Source of the DNA: Candidatus Bathyarchaeota archaeon
Lineage (GTDB): Archaea; Thermoproteota; Bathyarchaeia; Bathyarchaeales; Bathyarchaeaceae
Assembly (NCBI GenBank): GCA_026967815.1
Contig: JAPUUO010000002.1
Location: 1-53,782, forward strand
DNA: 53,782 nt
Direction of reading: 5' to 3'
The translations under genes were made by a program, and so were the position numbers. The notes beneath the pieces were generated by a model, which saw only the letters and a program-made list of their open reading frames with translations, ran no database searches and was not told where the DNA came from. Of this stretch, positions 35,019-43,798 are shown piece by piece (position 1 is the first letter of the stretch; each line of letters begins with the position of its first letter).

Positions 35019-35957
35019 TTGTCTTCCGATATTAAGAACGGGCTCAAACAACTAGATGAGAAGGAACTTTATGAAATAGCCAGGTTGAAGAAACTCAATA
35101 TTCCAAGGAACTGGTCTAAGACACTTATTGTGGAACTCCTTGCACTAAATGTGTCCACGCAAGATATCCGGAACATTGGGACAAAACCTTTGGAGAAAAG
35201 GATAGAATCCAGGGATGTTTCTGCAATTATCGTAAAGGATCTCGTTAAACAATTTGAGGATGTTACCGCTGTTGATGGTTTGAGTCTTGAAATTAAGCAA
35301 GGTGAACTTTTCGGTCTTCTGGGACCAAACGGTGCTGGAAAAACTACAACAATCAACATCCTTAGCGGGATACTTAAACCTACAAAAGGAACTGCCATTA
35401 TTGCAGGTTTCGATGTAACGAAGAATCTGGAAGAGATTAAAACGGTAATTGGTGTGTGTCCTCAAGAAGCTGCAGTTTTTAAATTTCTGAATGCACGTGA
35501 AAACATAGAACTCTTTGGAAATCTACATGGAATACCCAAGAAGGAGCTAGAAGAACGAACGGATACATTTCTGGAACTTTTGGGGTTAGCAGAGGCAAGT
35601 AAAAGGATGGCTAAAGGTTACAGCGGTGGAATGCTTCGGAAATTAAATCTTATAATGGCTTTGATTAGTGATCCAAAGATTGCTTTCCTTGACGAGCCAA
35701 CAGTTGGAATGGATCCTCGAGCCCGCCGTAAAACGTGGGAATTTATCGGGTCTCTCAAGGATCAAAACAAAACAATTATCCTAACAACTCACTACATCGA
35801 AGAAGCGGAAGCACTTAGTGATAGAGTGGGAATTATTGATTATGGAAAACTCATTGAACTGGGAACCCCCCAAGAGTTAATGGAAAGATATGAAACCAAG
35901 AATTTGGAGCAAGTCTTCTTGAAAATAACCGGTCGAAGAATCTTGGAGGGAATATGA
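35019..35957 (+). CDS. ABC transporter ATP-binding protein with about 70-aa N-terminal SAP/Rho_N-like (HeH) extension
   Basis: 312 aa. Walker A GPNGAGKTT, signature YSGGMLRKL, Walker B IAFLDEP. The N-terminal LDEKELYEIARLKKLNIPRNWSKTLIVELLA resembles HeH motifs. Confidence 0.85.
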   Translation: MSSDIKNGLKQLDEKELYEIARLKKLNIPRNWSKTLIVELLALNVSTQDIRNIGTKPLEKRIESRDVSAIIVKDLVKQFEDVTAVDGLSLEIKQGELFGLLGPNGAGKTTTINILSGILKPTKGTAIIAGFDVTKNLEEIKTVIGVCPQEAAVFKFLNARENIELFGNLHGIPKKELEERTDTFLELLGLAEASKRMAKGYSGGMLRKLNLIMALISDPKIAFLDEPTVGMDPRARRKTWEFIGSLKDQNKTIILTTHYIEEAEALSDRVGIIDYGKLIELGTPQELMERYETKNLEQVFLKITGRRILEGI

Positions 35958-35958
35958 G

Positions 35959-36696
35959 ATGGCACTTCAAAGTTTAGTGGCTTTGGTGAAAATGGAACTG
36001 AAAAAGTTGATTCGACAACCAGCGAATCTATTTCTGAATTTGTTGTTCCCTGCGGTTCTTACAATGGTGTTCATATTTGCGTTTGCGGATCCAGAATTAG
36101 GAATGAGCATCAACTCGGTGGTTCCAGGCCTGATTGTTTATGCGGTTATTTTTGTAATTATGACCATCGCCCAGTCTTTTTCTACCGAGAGGCAAGAGGG
36201 ATTATTAAAACGATTAAATACAACACCGATGACCTCGGGCGAATTCATGGGAAGTCAAATCATAACACATATGCTAATATCCTTTTTGCAGGTGATCGTT
36301 GTTTTTACGTTGGCTTTTCTATTAGGATTCAGACCGGATAGTGGTATTCAAGGAATATTTTTAGCGTTGCCTGTAACTGCAATATTTTCACTAAGTTCAG
36401 TTGGTTTAGGGCTTATCACAGCCACAGTATCCAAAACCCCTGAAGCTGCCACAGGCATTTCATTCGTGTTCATTCTTCCTCAAATGTTTTTTGGAACCTT
36501 TATACCAATAACCAGTACAACTCAGCAAATCGCAAAATTCATCCCGAGCTACTATCTACTTGATGCTCTAAAAATGATTTTCGAGGGAGATTGGATGAAT
36601 ACAAACATTTTCCTAGACTTGGGAGTGATTTCAGTAGTTAGCATTTCAGCTGTAATCATTGGAATACTTCTGTTCGAAAAATACGGAAATGCATAG
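35959..36696 (+). CDS. ABC-2 type transporter permease
   Basis: 245 aa with 6 predicted TM helices, starting 1 nt after the ATPase stop. Confidence 0.8.
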   Translation: MALQSLVALVKMELKKLIRQPANLFLNLLFPAVLTMVFIFAFADPELGMSINSVVPGLIVYAVIFVIMTIAQSFSTERQEGLLKRLNTTPMTSGEFMGSQIITHMLISFLQVIVVFTLAFLLGFRPDSGIQGIFLALPVTAIFSLSSVGLGLITATVSKTPEAATGISFVFILPQMFFGTFIPITSTTQQIAKFIPSYYLLDALKMIFEGDWMNTNIFLDLGVISVVSISAVIIGILLFEKYGNA

Positions 36697-36821
36697 AAGA
36701 ATATTAGAATTAGTAAGACTCTTAGAGATCTACTAGGGATTGCAAGCATGCGTGAGTTTGGGTTTTTGGCTCAAATTTTCAAAGCAACTTGAAATGAAAT
36801 AATGATAGATTAAACGAGAAA

Positions 36822-37229
36822 GTGACTGTAATGGAAACCTTAGAAAAGGTGGCGGTAATAGCAATTCTCCTTGTTGGAGGGGGAGCAATTCTATTCTTTC
36901 TTCAGTTTCCGCTTCCTCCCCTTGGCGAGAGTAAACCTGAGTTCAGAGTTTTTGACTTTCAAGTGATAGGAAATAGCATTTCAATGCATATTGAAAATAC
37001 AGGAAGCGGTGATGCACATCGTATTAGTATTGAAGTTTATGGAAATTTGAGTGGAGGATGGCTTCATCTAAATGCTTACGACACATCAGGACCGAGCGAA
37101 TTAAGAGTGGGAGACAAGCAGTTGGTGGTTCTAAGTGCAAGCGAGCCTCTAAGTTATGACGAATATAAAGTAGTTGTCAGTTGTGACGAAGGCGTAACTC
37201 ACGAACTAATTGTAGGCTTTGGTTCGTAG
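36822..37229 (+). CDS. hypothetical membrane-anchored beta-rich protein
   Basis: 135 aa. N-terminal TM (VAVIAILLVGGGAILFFL), then a beta-strand-like domain (FRVFDFQVIGNSISMHIENTGSGDA...), possibly CARDB-like. ATG 36831 is an alternative start. Confidence 0.45.
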   Translation: MTVMETLEKVAVIAILLVGGGAILFFLQFPLPPLGESKPEFRVFDFQVIGNSISMHIENTGSGDAHRISIEVYGNLSGGWLHLNAYDTSGPSELRVGDKQLVVLSASEPLSYDEYKVVVSCDEGVTHELIVGFGS

Positions 37230-37487
37230 TTCTTGAGTGTATATTCGCGCGCGTACAGTAACAAATTGTGACTACAACAAGTGAGTTCCGTTTATAAACC
37301 TCCATTAGTTCAGCATTTTATGTTGAAGGGTTGAGAATGACACAGGCGCGCGTGCAAAACGTGAACTCTCCTTTCTCTCTCCCTCCGCGCGCGCCACTCT
37401 TCCCTAGTAACCTTTCAGCTGACAGGAACATCAAGCAAAAGAGCACAGGCTGCGCGTGCAATCCTTCATAAAGGAAGGACTAAAGAA

Positions 37488-37498
37488 TTAGTCAACTA
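37488..37498 (+). repeat. right inverted repeat TTAGTCAACTA
   Basis: Reverse complement of 34891-34901. Confidence 0.55.
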
Positions 37499-37505
37499 CT
37501 AAAAT

Positions 37506-37516
37506 ATCAGAATAAA
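37506..37516 (+). repeat. right copy of the 11-bp direct repeat ATCAGAATAAA
   Basis: Exact match to 34876-34886. Confidence 0.6.
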
Positions 37517-37541
37517 GTAGGAGCATGCAGCAGAGCTTCAA

Positions 37542-39218
37542 TTAGAATATAGTTGGTGCCTTATACTCTCCGTAAACAGTTTTTAGTGCGTCGCAGATTT
37601 CTCCAAGAGTAGCCTGCCTTTTTACAGCGACGATGACGGTTGGCAAGAGATTTTCGTTGCCTTCAGCCGCGTGATGTAGCTGATCTAAGGCATTCTTCAC
37701 TTCATGGTTGTTCCTTTTTCTCTTAATCATGTTCAGTTTCTCAATTTGACGCTCTTCGATAGCTGGGTCAACTCGCAAAATCGTGATAGGTTCTTCCTTT
37801 GCAATGGTGAACTTGTTTACGCCAACAGCTATCTTCTCTTTACTTTCCACTTCTTTTTGATATCGATAGGCACTTTCCACAATCTCTCTTTGCATGTAGC
37901 CTTTTTCGATGGCTGCAGTTGCGCCTCCTAGGCTGTCAATCTTCTCGATGTAGCGGGTTGCTTCTTCTTCAATCTGACTGGTCAAATATTCGATATAGTA
38001 GGATCCTGCGAGCGGGTCAACCGTGTCTGCCACTCCACTTTCATAGGCAATAATCTGCTGGGTTCGCAACGCAATTCTCACTGCCTCCTCACTTGGCAAG
38101 GCAAAGGCTTCGTCAAAAGAATTTGTATGTAATGATTGAGTGCCGCCTAGCGCGGCAGCCAAGGCTTGAAGCGTAACTCGTACGATGTTGTTGTGAGGCT
38201 GCTGAGCTGTTAGAGTGACGCCAGAAGTTTGCGTATGATATCGTAATCGCCATGCATCTGGGTGTTTGGCTTTGAATCTTTCACGCATGATTTTTGCCCA
38301 AAGTCGACGCGCAGCTCGGAACTTGGCGATCTCTTCAAGAAAGTTATTTTGTGCAGCAAAGAAAAAGGAAAGCCGTCTAGCGAATTCGTCGAGGTCAAGG
38401 CCCTTTTCTATGGCGGCTTGAACATAGGCTATGCCATTGGCTAAAGTAAATGCTATTTCCTGCGTAGCCGTGGCTCCAGCCTCCCGTATGTGGTAGCCAC
38501 TTATGCTTATGGTATTCCATCTAGGCATGTTTTTGGAGCAATATTCGAATATGTCAGTAACCAGTTTCATAGATAGTCGAGGTGGAAATATGTACATTCC
38601 TCGAGCAACGTATTCTTTCAGTATGTCGTTTTGAATTGTGCCGCCTAGTTGAGCTTGAGCTACACTCTGTTTTTGAGCCAGTGCGACGTACATTGCCAAC
38701 AGAACTTGGGCTGGGGCATTTATGGTCATGGAAGTCGTAACCTTGTCTAAAGGTATGCTGTCAAACAAGGTTTCCATGTCCTGCAAAACGCTTATGTTTA
38801 CCCCAGCTTTTCCAACTTCGCCTCTGGACAATGGATGGTCACAGTCATATCCTATTTGAGTTGGATAATCAAAGGCGACGCTAAGCCCAGTTTGACCCTG
38901 CTGGAGCAAGTACCTAAACCGCAGATTGGTCTGCTCTGCTGTGCCAAACCCTGCGTATTGACGCATGGTCCATAGGCGACCACGATACATTGTTGGGTAA
39001 ACGCCACGAGTATAAGGATACTCGCCTGGGAAACCTAGGTCTCGAGTGTAATCGAAATCTCGAACATCAAGTGGAGTATAAACTCTTTCAAGTGCAACGT
39101 TTGAACTCGTGACAAAAAGCTTCTTTCGTTCCGGAAACCTCGCGAGAGCCTTTTCTGAAGCCTTTTTCCAAGCCTTTTCCCGTTGCTCAATCTCTTTCAG
39201 CTTTTGTTCAGTAAACAT
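37542..39218 (-). CDS. methylmalonyl-CoA mutase, large (catalytic, N-terminal) subunit
   Basis: 558 aa. Blocks [45 protein letters not shown] and HTQTSG. No B12-binding domain in this ORF. Confidence 0.9.
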   Translation of the reverse strand: MFTEQKLKEIEQREKAWKKASEKALARFPERKKLFVTSSNVALERVYTPLDVRDFDYTRDLGFPGEYPYTRGVYPTMYRGRLWTMRQYAGFGTAEQTNLRFRYLLQQGQTGLSVAFDYPTQIGYDCDHPLSRGEVGKAGVNISVLQDMETLFDSIPLDKVTTSMTINAPAQVLLAMYVALAQKQSVAQAQLGGTIQNDILKEYVARGMYIFPPRLSMKLVTDIFEYCSKNMPRWNTISISGYHIREAGATATQEIAFTLANGIAYVQAAIEKGLDLDEFARRLSFFFAAQNNFLEEIAKFRAARRLWAKIMRERFKAKHPDAWRLRYHTQTSGVTLTAQQPHNNIVRVTLQALAAALGGTQSLHTNSFDEAFALPSEEAVRIALRTQQIIAYESGVADTVDPLAGSYYIEYLTSQIEEEATRYIEKIDSLGGATAAIEKGYMQREIVESAYRYQKEVESKEKIAVGVNKFTIAKEEPITILRVDPAIEERQIEKLNMIKRKRNNHEVKNALDQLHHAAEGNENLLPTVIVAVKRQATLGEICDALKTVYGEYKAPTIF

Positions 39219-39359
39219 TCCAATCCGCCACTTTCCAGTGTAGAAAAGCTAATTAGGCGTATGATTTAGAGTTTTGCATGTTTGTCTCGAAGTGTAAACG
39301 CCAAAGGATTTTAACCGTCTAAGATTAAGTGTGATTAAAGCTTAGTTAGGTGAGCAAAG

Positions 39360-40478
39360 TTGCCTTCTCGAATTGCAGTTGAACTGCTCGATTGTTTGAA
39401 GCAGATAAAGCCCAGGGAATTTAGGGTCGTGGTTATGCCCGACTTTTTCCTAGACCGTCTAGTAACCTACAATGGTGATACCGAAGAGTTCGCTAAGACT
39501 ATAGCTGGAATTGCAAAGCGAAAAGGGGGAAGTCTCCATGGAATTAAACAAATGGAGTTGAGAGGTGGAAACGCAGCTAACACAGCAGCAGCTTTGGCTA
39601 AGCTTGGTGCTAAAGTTAGTCCCATAATCAATACGAGCCAGTTAGGTCTTCATTTGCTCAAATTTTATCTAGAACCTCTAGGTGTGGACCTTTCTCACGT
39701 GAAAACTCGAGGCGACATGGCGCTTACAACTGCCCTCGAACTTCGCAAAGAAGGCGAAAGAGTAAATGTTATGATGAGCACATTGGGTTCTTTACCAGAC
39801 TTCGGCATAAACAGCTTAAAAAAAGAAGATTACGAAGCATTACAACAAGCAGATTACGTTTGCGTATTCAATTGGACTTGCACCCGTCGCTTCGGAACAG
39901 AGCTAGCTGACGAAGTTTTTCGTTATGTGAAAGAAAATGGGAAGGGCAAAACCTACTATGACACGTCAGATCCAACGCCCAACGTGGAAGCCATATCAAA
40001 CCTTATGAACAGGGTTCTTTTGGGAAGCCATATCGATGTTTTAAGTGTTAACGACAACGAAGCTTTCTGGTACGCATCTCAATTAAGCGAAAATGCTGAT
40101 GTTCTCCGTCAAAAATTGAAGCCGGACGAACTAGCTATAGAATGCGCAAGAACCTTAGCCAAGCACCTTTCAGCCCAGATAGACCTTCACACAACAACAT
40201 TCGCAGGTTCATTCACACAGAAAAAAGAAGTAGTAGTCCCAGCTTTCAAGGTTCACGCTTTAAGGTCTACTGGAGCTGGAGACTCTTGGAATGCTGGCAA
40301 CATTTTCGGCGATGCTTTAAACCTTCCAAACGCTTCCAGGTTAACTTTAGCCAACGCTGTAGCTGCGTACTATGTTGCAAGCCCCGCTGCTGAGCATCCG
40401 ACACTGCCCCAACTAATAAAATTCTGTTCCAAACACCAGACGTTTTGGCGACTGCACAATTTGAAATGCAACGACTAA
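39360..40478 (+). CDS. PfkB-family carbohydrate/nucleoside kinase
   Basis: 372 aa. GGNAANTAAALAKLG and C-terminal GAGDSWNAG (PfkB signature 2). Confidence 0.7.
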   Translation: MPSRIAVELLDCLKQIKPREFRVVVMPDFFLDRLVTYNGDTEEFAKTIAGIAKRKGGSLHGIKQMELRGGNAANTAAALAKLGAKVSPIINTSQLGLHLLKFYLEPLGVDLSHVKTRGDMALTTALELRKEGERVNVMMSTLGSLPDFGINSLKKEDYEALQQADYVCVFNWTCTRRFGTELADEVFRYVKENGKGKTYYDTSDPTPNVEAISNLMNRVLLGSHIDVLSVNDNEAFWYASQLSENADVLRQKLKPDELAIECARTLAKHLSAQIDLHTTTFAGSFTQKKEVVVPAFKVHALRSTGAGDSWNAGNIFGDALNLPNASRLTLANAVAAYYVASPAAEHPTLPQLIKFCSKHQTFWRLHNLKCND

Positions 40479-41671
40479 GTTGATGCCAACTTTAGCATTT
40501 GTTTCTCCAAAATCCTCAAAGTTCCAAGGCGTTCTGTAACTTCATATTTCAATATCTGAAAGGTCTCGGAAGCCACTGGGTTGCGACCATGAAGAACAGC
40601 CAGATACATGCTTATCACATCGAGTGTAAACATAAGCGAGAAAATTTTGCCCAGCGGCGTTTTGCCTTGGGGATCCATTTCAATCACTGATTTAGCCTTT
40701 TGTAAGAAAAACTTCTCTTTCAGAGCGTCGATTCTGGCTTTAACTTCTAAGGGTTCTATCTCTAAATCTCGTAGCAAGACCAGAGTATAACGTTTCAAAA
40801 TGCTTTCTGGTGCTTCCCAGCCCATAATCTCGTTGTGGTTGAGCTCAGGGAAAACGTCGCATCTTGCTGGAAGCTTGCAGTTTTCGTTAACTTGGTCTTT
40901 AAAGCGTAGACCCACACTTTTGTAGGGGTTGTAGCAGTAGACAATTGGTACGGTTCCGTAGATTTCGAGAGCAACCTTCTTTGCGAGATTCTTCTCCTTG
41001 GACACCCTAATAGCCAGCTCTCCTGCCAATTTGTCAACTACATCAATAGCATCGCTCATTTCTCTTTCAACCCTTCTCATTGAAAGAATCCCCACCTCAG
41101 CAAGCAAGTAGGGAAGGGGAGCAAACAAGTAAGGCAAGGAAGCCCTAGCAGCTGCCATTTCTGGCAATTCAATTAGAGGGAATCCTAGAGTTTGTGCTAC
41201 TCTTGCTAAGGCACCATTAGACGATATTGATACGATTTGGCAACCCTTTTTTACAGCATCATACATACAACTTAAAGTCTCTTCGGTATTGCCAGAATAG
41301 CTTATAAAAAACACAAGGGACTTCTCATTTAGATATGCTGGAAGATGATAGCCTCGAACAGTTTCCATAGGAACGGTGATTTCGTGCCCAACCCAGTCCT
41401 TCAAAACGTCTCCTACGATTGCTGAACCGCCCATGCCAGCTAATACGATGTTTTCCACATTTTTATAGCGGATAGTGCGACGTCCAACTCTTACGCTCTC
41501 AGGCAATCTAAAAGCTTTAACATTCGCCACTGCTTTCCTCAGGTTCTGCGGGAAATCAAACTCGTCTTTGAATAAGCCACTTCGATCTAAAACTAGAATA
41601 GCCTCTTTATCATCTAGAATTTCTGCTTCTGTTCTTGACATACGTTTCATCCTCAGCTTGTCAATTATCAC
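40475..41671 (-). CDS. bifunctional phosphoglucose/phosphomannose isomerase (SIS domains)
   Basis: 398 aa. Blocks LAGMGGSAIVGDVL and ISYSGNTEET. The likely start is an internal ATG (MSRTEAE) after GAGG. Confidence 0.75.
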   Translation of the reverse strand: MIIDKLRMKRMSRTEAEILDDKEAILVLDRSGLFKDEFDFPQNLRKAVANVKAFRLPESVRVGRRTIRYKNVENIVLAGMGGSAIVGDVLKDWVGHEITVPMETVRGYHLPAYLNEKSLVFFISYSGNTEETLSCMYDAVKKGCQIVSISSNGALARVAQTLGFPLIELPEMAAARASLPYLFAPLPYLLAEVGILSMRRVEREMSDAIDVVDKLAGELAIRVSKEKNLAKKVALEIYGTVPIVYCYNPYKSVGLRFKDQVNENCKLPARCDVFPELNHNEIMGWEAPESILKRYTLVLLRDLEIEPLEVKARIDALKEKFFLQKAKSVIEMDPQGKTPLGKIFSLMFTLDVISMYLAVLHGRNPVASETFQILKYEVTERLGTLRILEKQMLKLAST

Positions 41672-41855
41672 TCAAATCTTGCGTTTCACAGCTTCTGCCT
41701 TTCTTTTCTCTTAGACTTCAGCCTAAATAGCTTTTTGAACAAATCAATGCTTTCACTAGTTTGATTTATGCCTCTTCGACCGAAAACCCGCGCGTGCATA
41801 GCTTATTTGGCAGCAGATAGAAAGCTTTCTGCTTTAAAACATGTAAAGGTTAAGC

Positions 41856-42311
41856 TTACGTTTTCTCCATGGGCTTTGCTATTTGGGCATAATATTCTTG
41901 AGCAATCTTTAGAGCCTTTTCTGCGTTTGTCTTTTTGGAGTAATATGCGAAGACTTTTTTGTATTCTACATTTGACTCTAGTTCTGAACATTTTGTGAAG
42001 AGCTTCTGGACTTGCGCCAGTTTTCCTTCGTATAGAGCTAGTTCTCCAGCTGCTTGATAATTGATTCGCGCCCTTAGAAATTCTTTCTGTTTCTCAAAAT
42101 CCTGGGCTTTTCCAATGAAAGAGTCTATTCCTTCTTCATACAGCTTTGAAGGATCGATAAGTATTGTATGGGTTAATGTAGACAGAAGCTCAGCGTCACC
42201 TCCGCATAGCTCTTCTAGCAAAGACCTCTCACTAGATTTGGGTGTCTTTCCTTTCTTCTCTTCCTTTTTCTCGACTTTCTTCTTTTTCCCGAAAATTCCC
42301 AGAGGTGTCAT
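41856..42311 (-). CDS. hypothetical protein with Lys-rich N-terminus and helical (TPR/MIT-like?) C-terminal part
   Basis: 151 aa: MTPLGIFGKKKKVEKKEEKKGK.... No family recognised. Confidence 0.45.
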   Translation of the reverse strand: MTPLGIFGKKKKVEKKEEKKGKTPKSSERSLLEELCGGDAELLSTLTHTILIDPSKLYEEGIDSFIGKAQDFEKQKEFLRARINYQAAGELALYEGKLAQVQKLFTKCSELESNVEYKKVFAYYSKKTNAEKALKIAQEYYAQIAKPMEKT

Positions 42312-42427
42312 GTGCGCTTATTAATGGGGCAGAAATAAAAGCGTTTCTACTCAGCCCGTGATTACACAACAACAAATGAAAAACCATTTTAACAACGCCG
42401 ACAAATAAATGCCAAGGTGAAAGAAGG

Positions 42428-42850
42428 TTGTCGGTGGCTCAGAGAAAGTTCTTCGGAGAAATTGGAACTTTGCTTGATAAGCTAGTTATGGTTGTAACTA
42501 TGAATGGAAAGTCTTATACAGGAAACCTTGTTGGCATAAACCCAGACACGTTAAGTCTCTGCTTGGCTGAAGCTAAAGATGAAAAGGGACATGTTATAAA
42601 TAGAGTGGTCTTGAACGGCAGCGTAGTTTCTCAAATCCTTGCCATAGAAAAGCCCTTTGACCTCAAAGCCCTGTCTGAACGACTGGGAAAAGTCTTCCCA
42701 ACAATGGTTAGGATATACGAGGACAAGGGCTTCATCTGGGTTATGGACAAGATTAAGGTTACAGAGAAAGGTGTAGTGGAGGGCACAGGACCCGCCGCAG
42801 AAAGGGTTCAAAAAGTTTATGCCCAGTTTATCAGCGAAATGAAAGGCTAA
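42428..42850 (+). CDS. Sm-like (LSm) protein with C-terminal extension (SmAP3-like)
   Basis: 140 aa, TTG 7 nt after AAGGTGA. Sm1/Sm2-like core VVTMNGKSYTGNLVGIN...RVVLNGSVVSQI. Confidence 0.6.
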   Translation: MSVAQRKFFGEIGTLLDKLVMVVTMNGKSYTGNLVGINPDTLSLCLAEAKDEKGHVINRVVLNGSVVSQILAIEKPFDLKALSERLGKVFPTMVRIYEDKGFIWVMDKIKVTEKGVVEGTGPAAERVQKVYAQFISEMKG

Positions 42851-43602
42851 ATGTGCCAGCGAAACCGCGAGTTCTCTTTTCTTTCTTCTTCTCTTGGTTG
42901 AGCACTTAGACCAAACGATTCAAGAATTTTCCGAGTCGTCTCCACAGCTAAGTTTAGTCGAGTTAAGTCTATCTCTAGATGCAACATTTTACTAATCGCC
43001 CTTAAGACTTCTCGAGCTGCAGAGGCATCCGGATAATAGCCAGGAGTTTCAGCGAGGAGACAATAGCCTTTCATGCCTCGAAGTTTGCTTAATCCAACGA
43101 GAAGCCCAGCTACACCGAAAATTTGTCCTTCAATTATTTTCGCGCCCAAATTAGATGCATCTTTCAATGCTTCGAGATCTGATGCTGCACAATAAACCGT
43201 CGGGGGGGTGCCAACCTTTTCTTCTCTTCTTAAACCGCCTAATGTTACAATGTAGCGACATCCCAATTTGTCGGCAATGTCTAATACTCGACCGCACAGT
43301 TCGTATTGCCCAACTGTGGTCAAGGCTTGAGTGTTGCCATAAAGGATGATAAGGTCGCGTTCTCCATCCTGCGTTTTATGATAATAGAGCTCGTTTGTTG
43401 GAAACCGTGCATTGCCGTTTTCAGCTGTAATTGCGAAGTCTTGGAATGAAGAAGAGCGAATTTCTGCGAAACGTTTGGCTTTTAACTCTTGTATTATGTG
43501 TAATGCGGCGATGTTGGCGACAAACCCGATGCCTGGCAGACCCTCAATTAGAACTGGGTTAGTTAAGGCAGGTTTTTCATATGTTTTGATGATGCATGTC
43601 AT
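42847..43602 (-). CDS. PAC2-family proteasome assembly chaperone (paralogue 3)
   Basis: 251 aa. NPVLIEGLPGIGFVANIA. C-terminus ...SRFRWHI has no HbYX. Confidence 0.8.
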   Translation of the reverse strand: MTCIIKTYEKPALTNPVLIEGLPGIGFVANIAALHIIQELKAKRFAEIRSSSFQDFAITAENGNARFPTNELYYHKTQDGERDLIILYGNTQALTTVGQYELCGRVLDIADKLGCRYIVTLGGLRREEKVGTPPTVYCAASDLEALKDASNLGAKIIEGQIFGVAGLLVGLSKLRGMKGYCLLAETPGYYPDASAAREVLRAISKMLHLEIDLTRLNLAVETTRKILESFGLSAQPREEERKENSRFRWHI

Positions 43603-43798
43603 GGTAGAGGTTCCTCTAGGCTGGCATATTAGGGAACGACTGTCCTTATAAGCATCGTCAAGGACCCTCAGACAGTGTGTAGAGGCACCTCTCAGTTAGA
43701 CTAACAGCAGTTGAAGGCTCATTCAAGAGTGGCACATACACGCCTTTAAAGAAATCCGAACGTAAAACAAGATGAGAGAATTTTCGATTTCAGCAGTT

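Larger units (their letters stand above)
34887..37505 (+). mobile_element. putative inserted 2.6-kb cassette (ABC exporter plus small membrane protein); no recombinase gene
   Basis: Bounded by the 11-bp direct repeat and by inverted repeats TAGTTGACTAA (34891-34901) and TTAGTCAACTA (37488-37498). It separates functionally related carboxylase and mutase genes. Confidence 0.3.

Noticed and set aside
34905-37430. Origin-of-replication (ORB/mini-ORB) interpretation of TTTCCAGCTG / TTTCAGCTGACAGGAAC near the CG motifs
   Set aside because: There is no TCCA-N-GGAA type ORB core, no orc1/cdc6 gene nearby, and no AT-rich unwinding element flanked by inverted ORBs.
37337-37471. 44-aa ORF (MTQARVQNVNSPFSLPPRAPLFPSNLSADRNIKQKSTGCACNPS) in the CG-motif-rich spacer
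   Set aside because: It has a low-complexity Pro/Ser-rich translation and no convincing SD. It is built from the repeated GCGCG motifs, so it is more likely non-coding.
41856-42311. ESCRT-III-like reading of the N-terminus MTPLGIFGKKKK
   Set aside because: Only the first few residues resemble CHMP N-termini. The rest lacks the long charged helical hairpin of Snf7-family proteins, so it was left as hypothetical.
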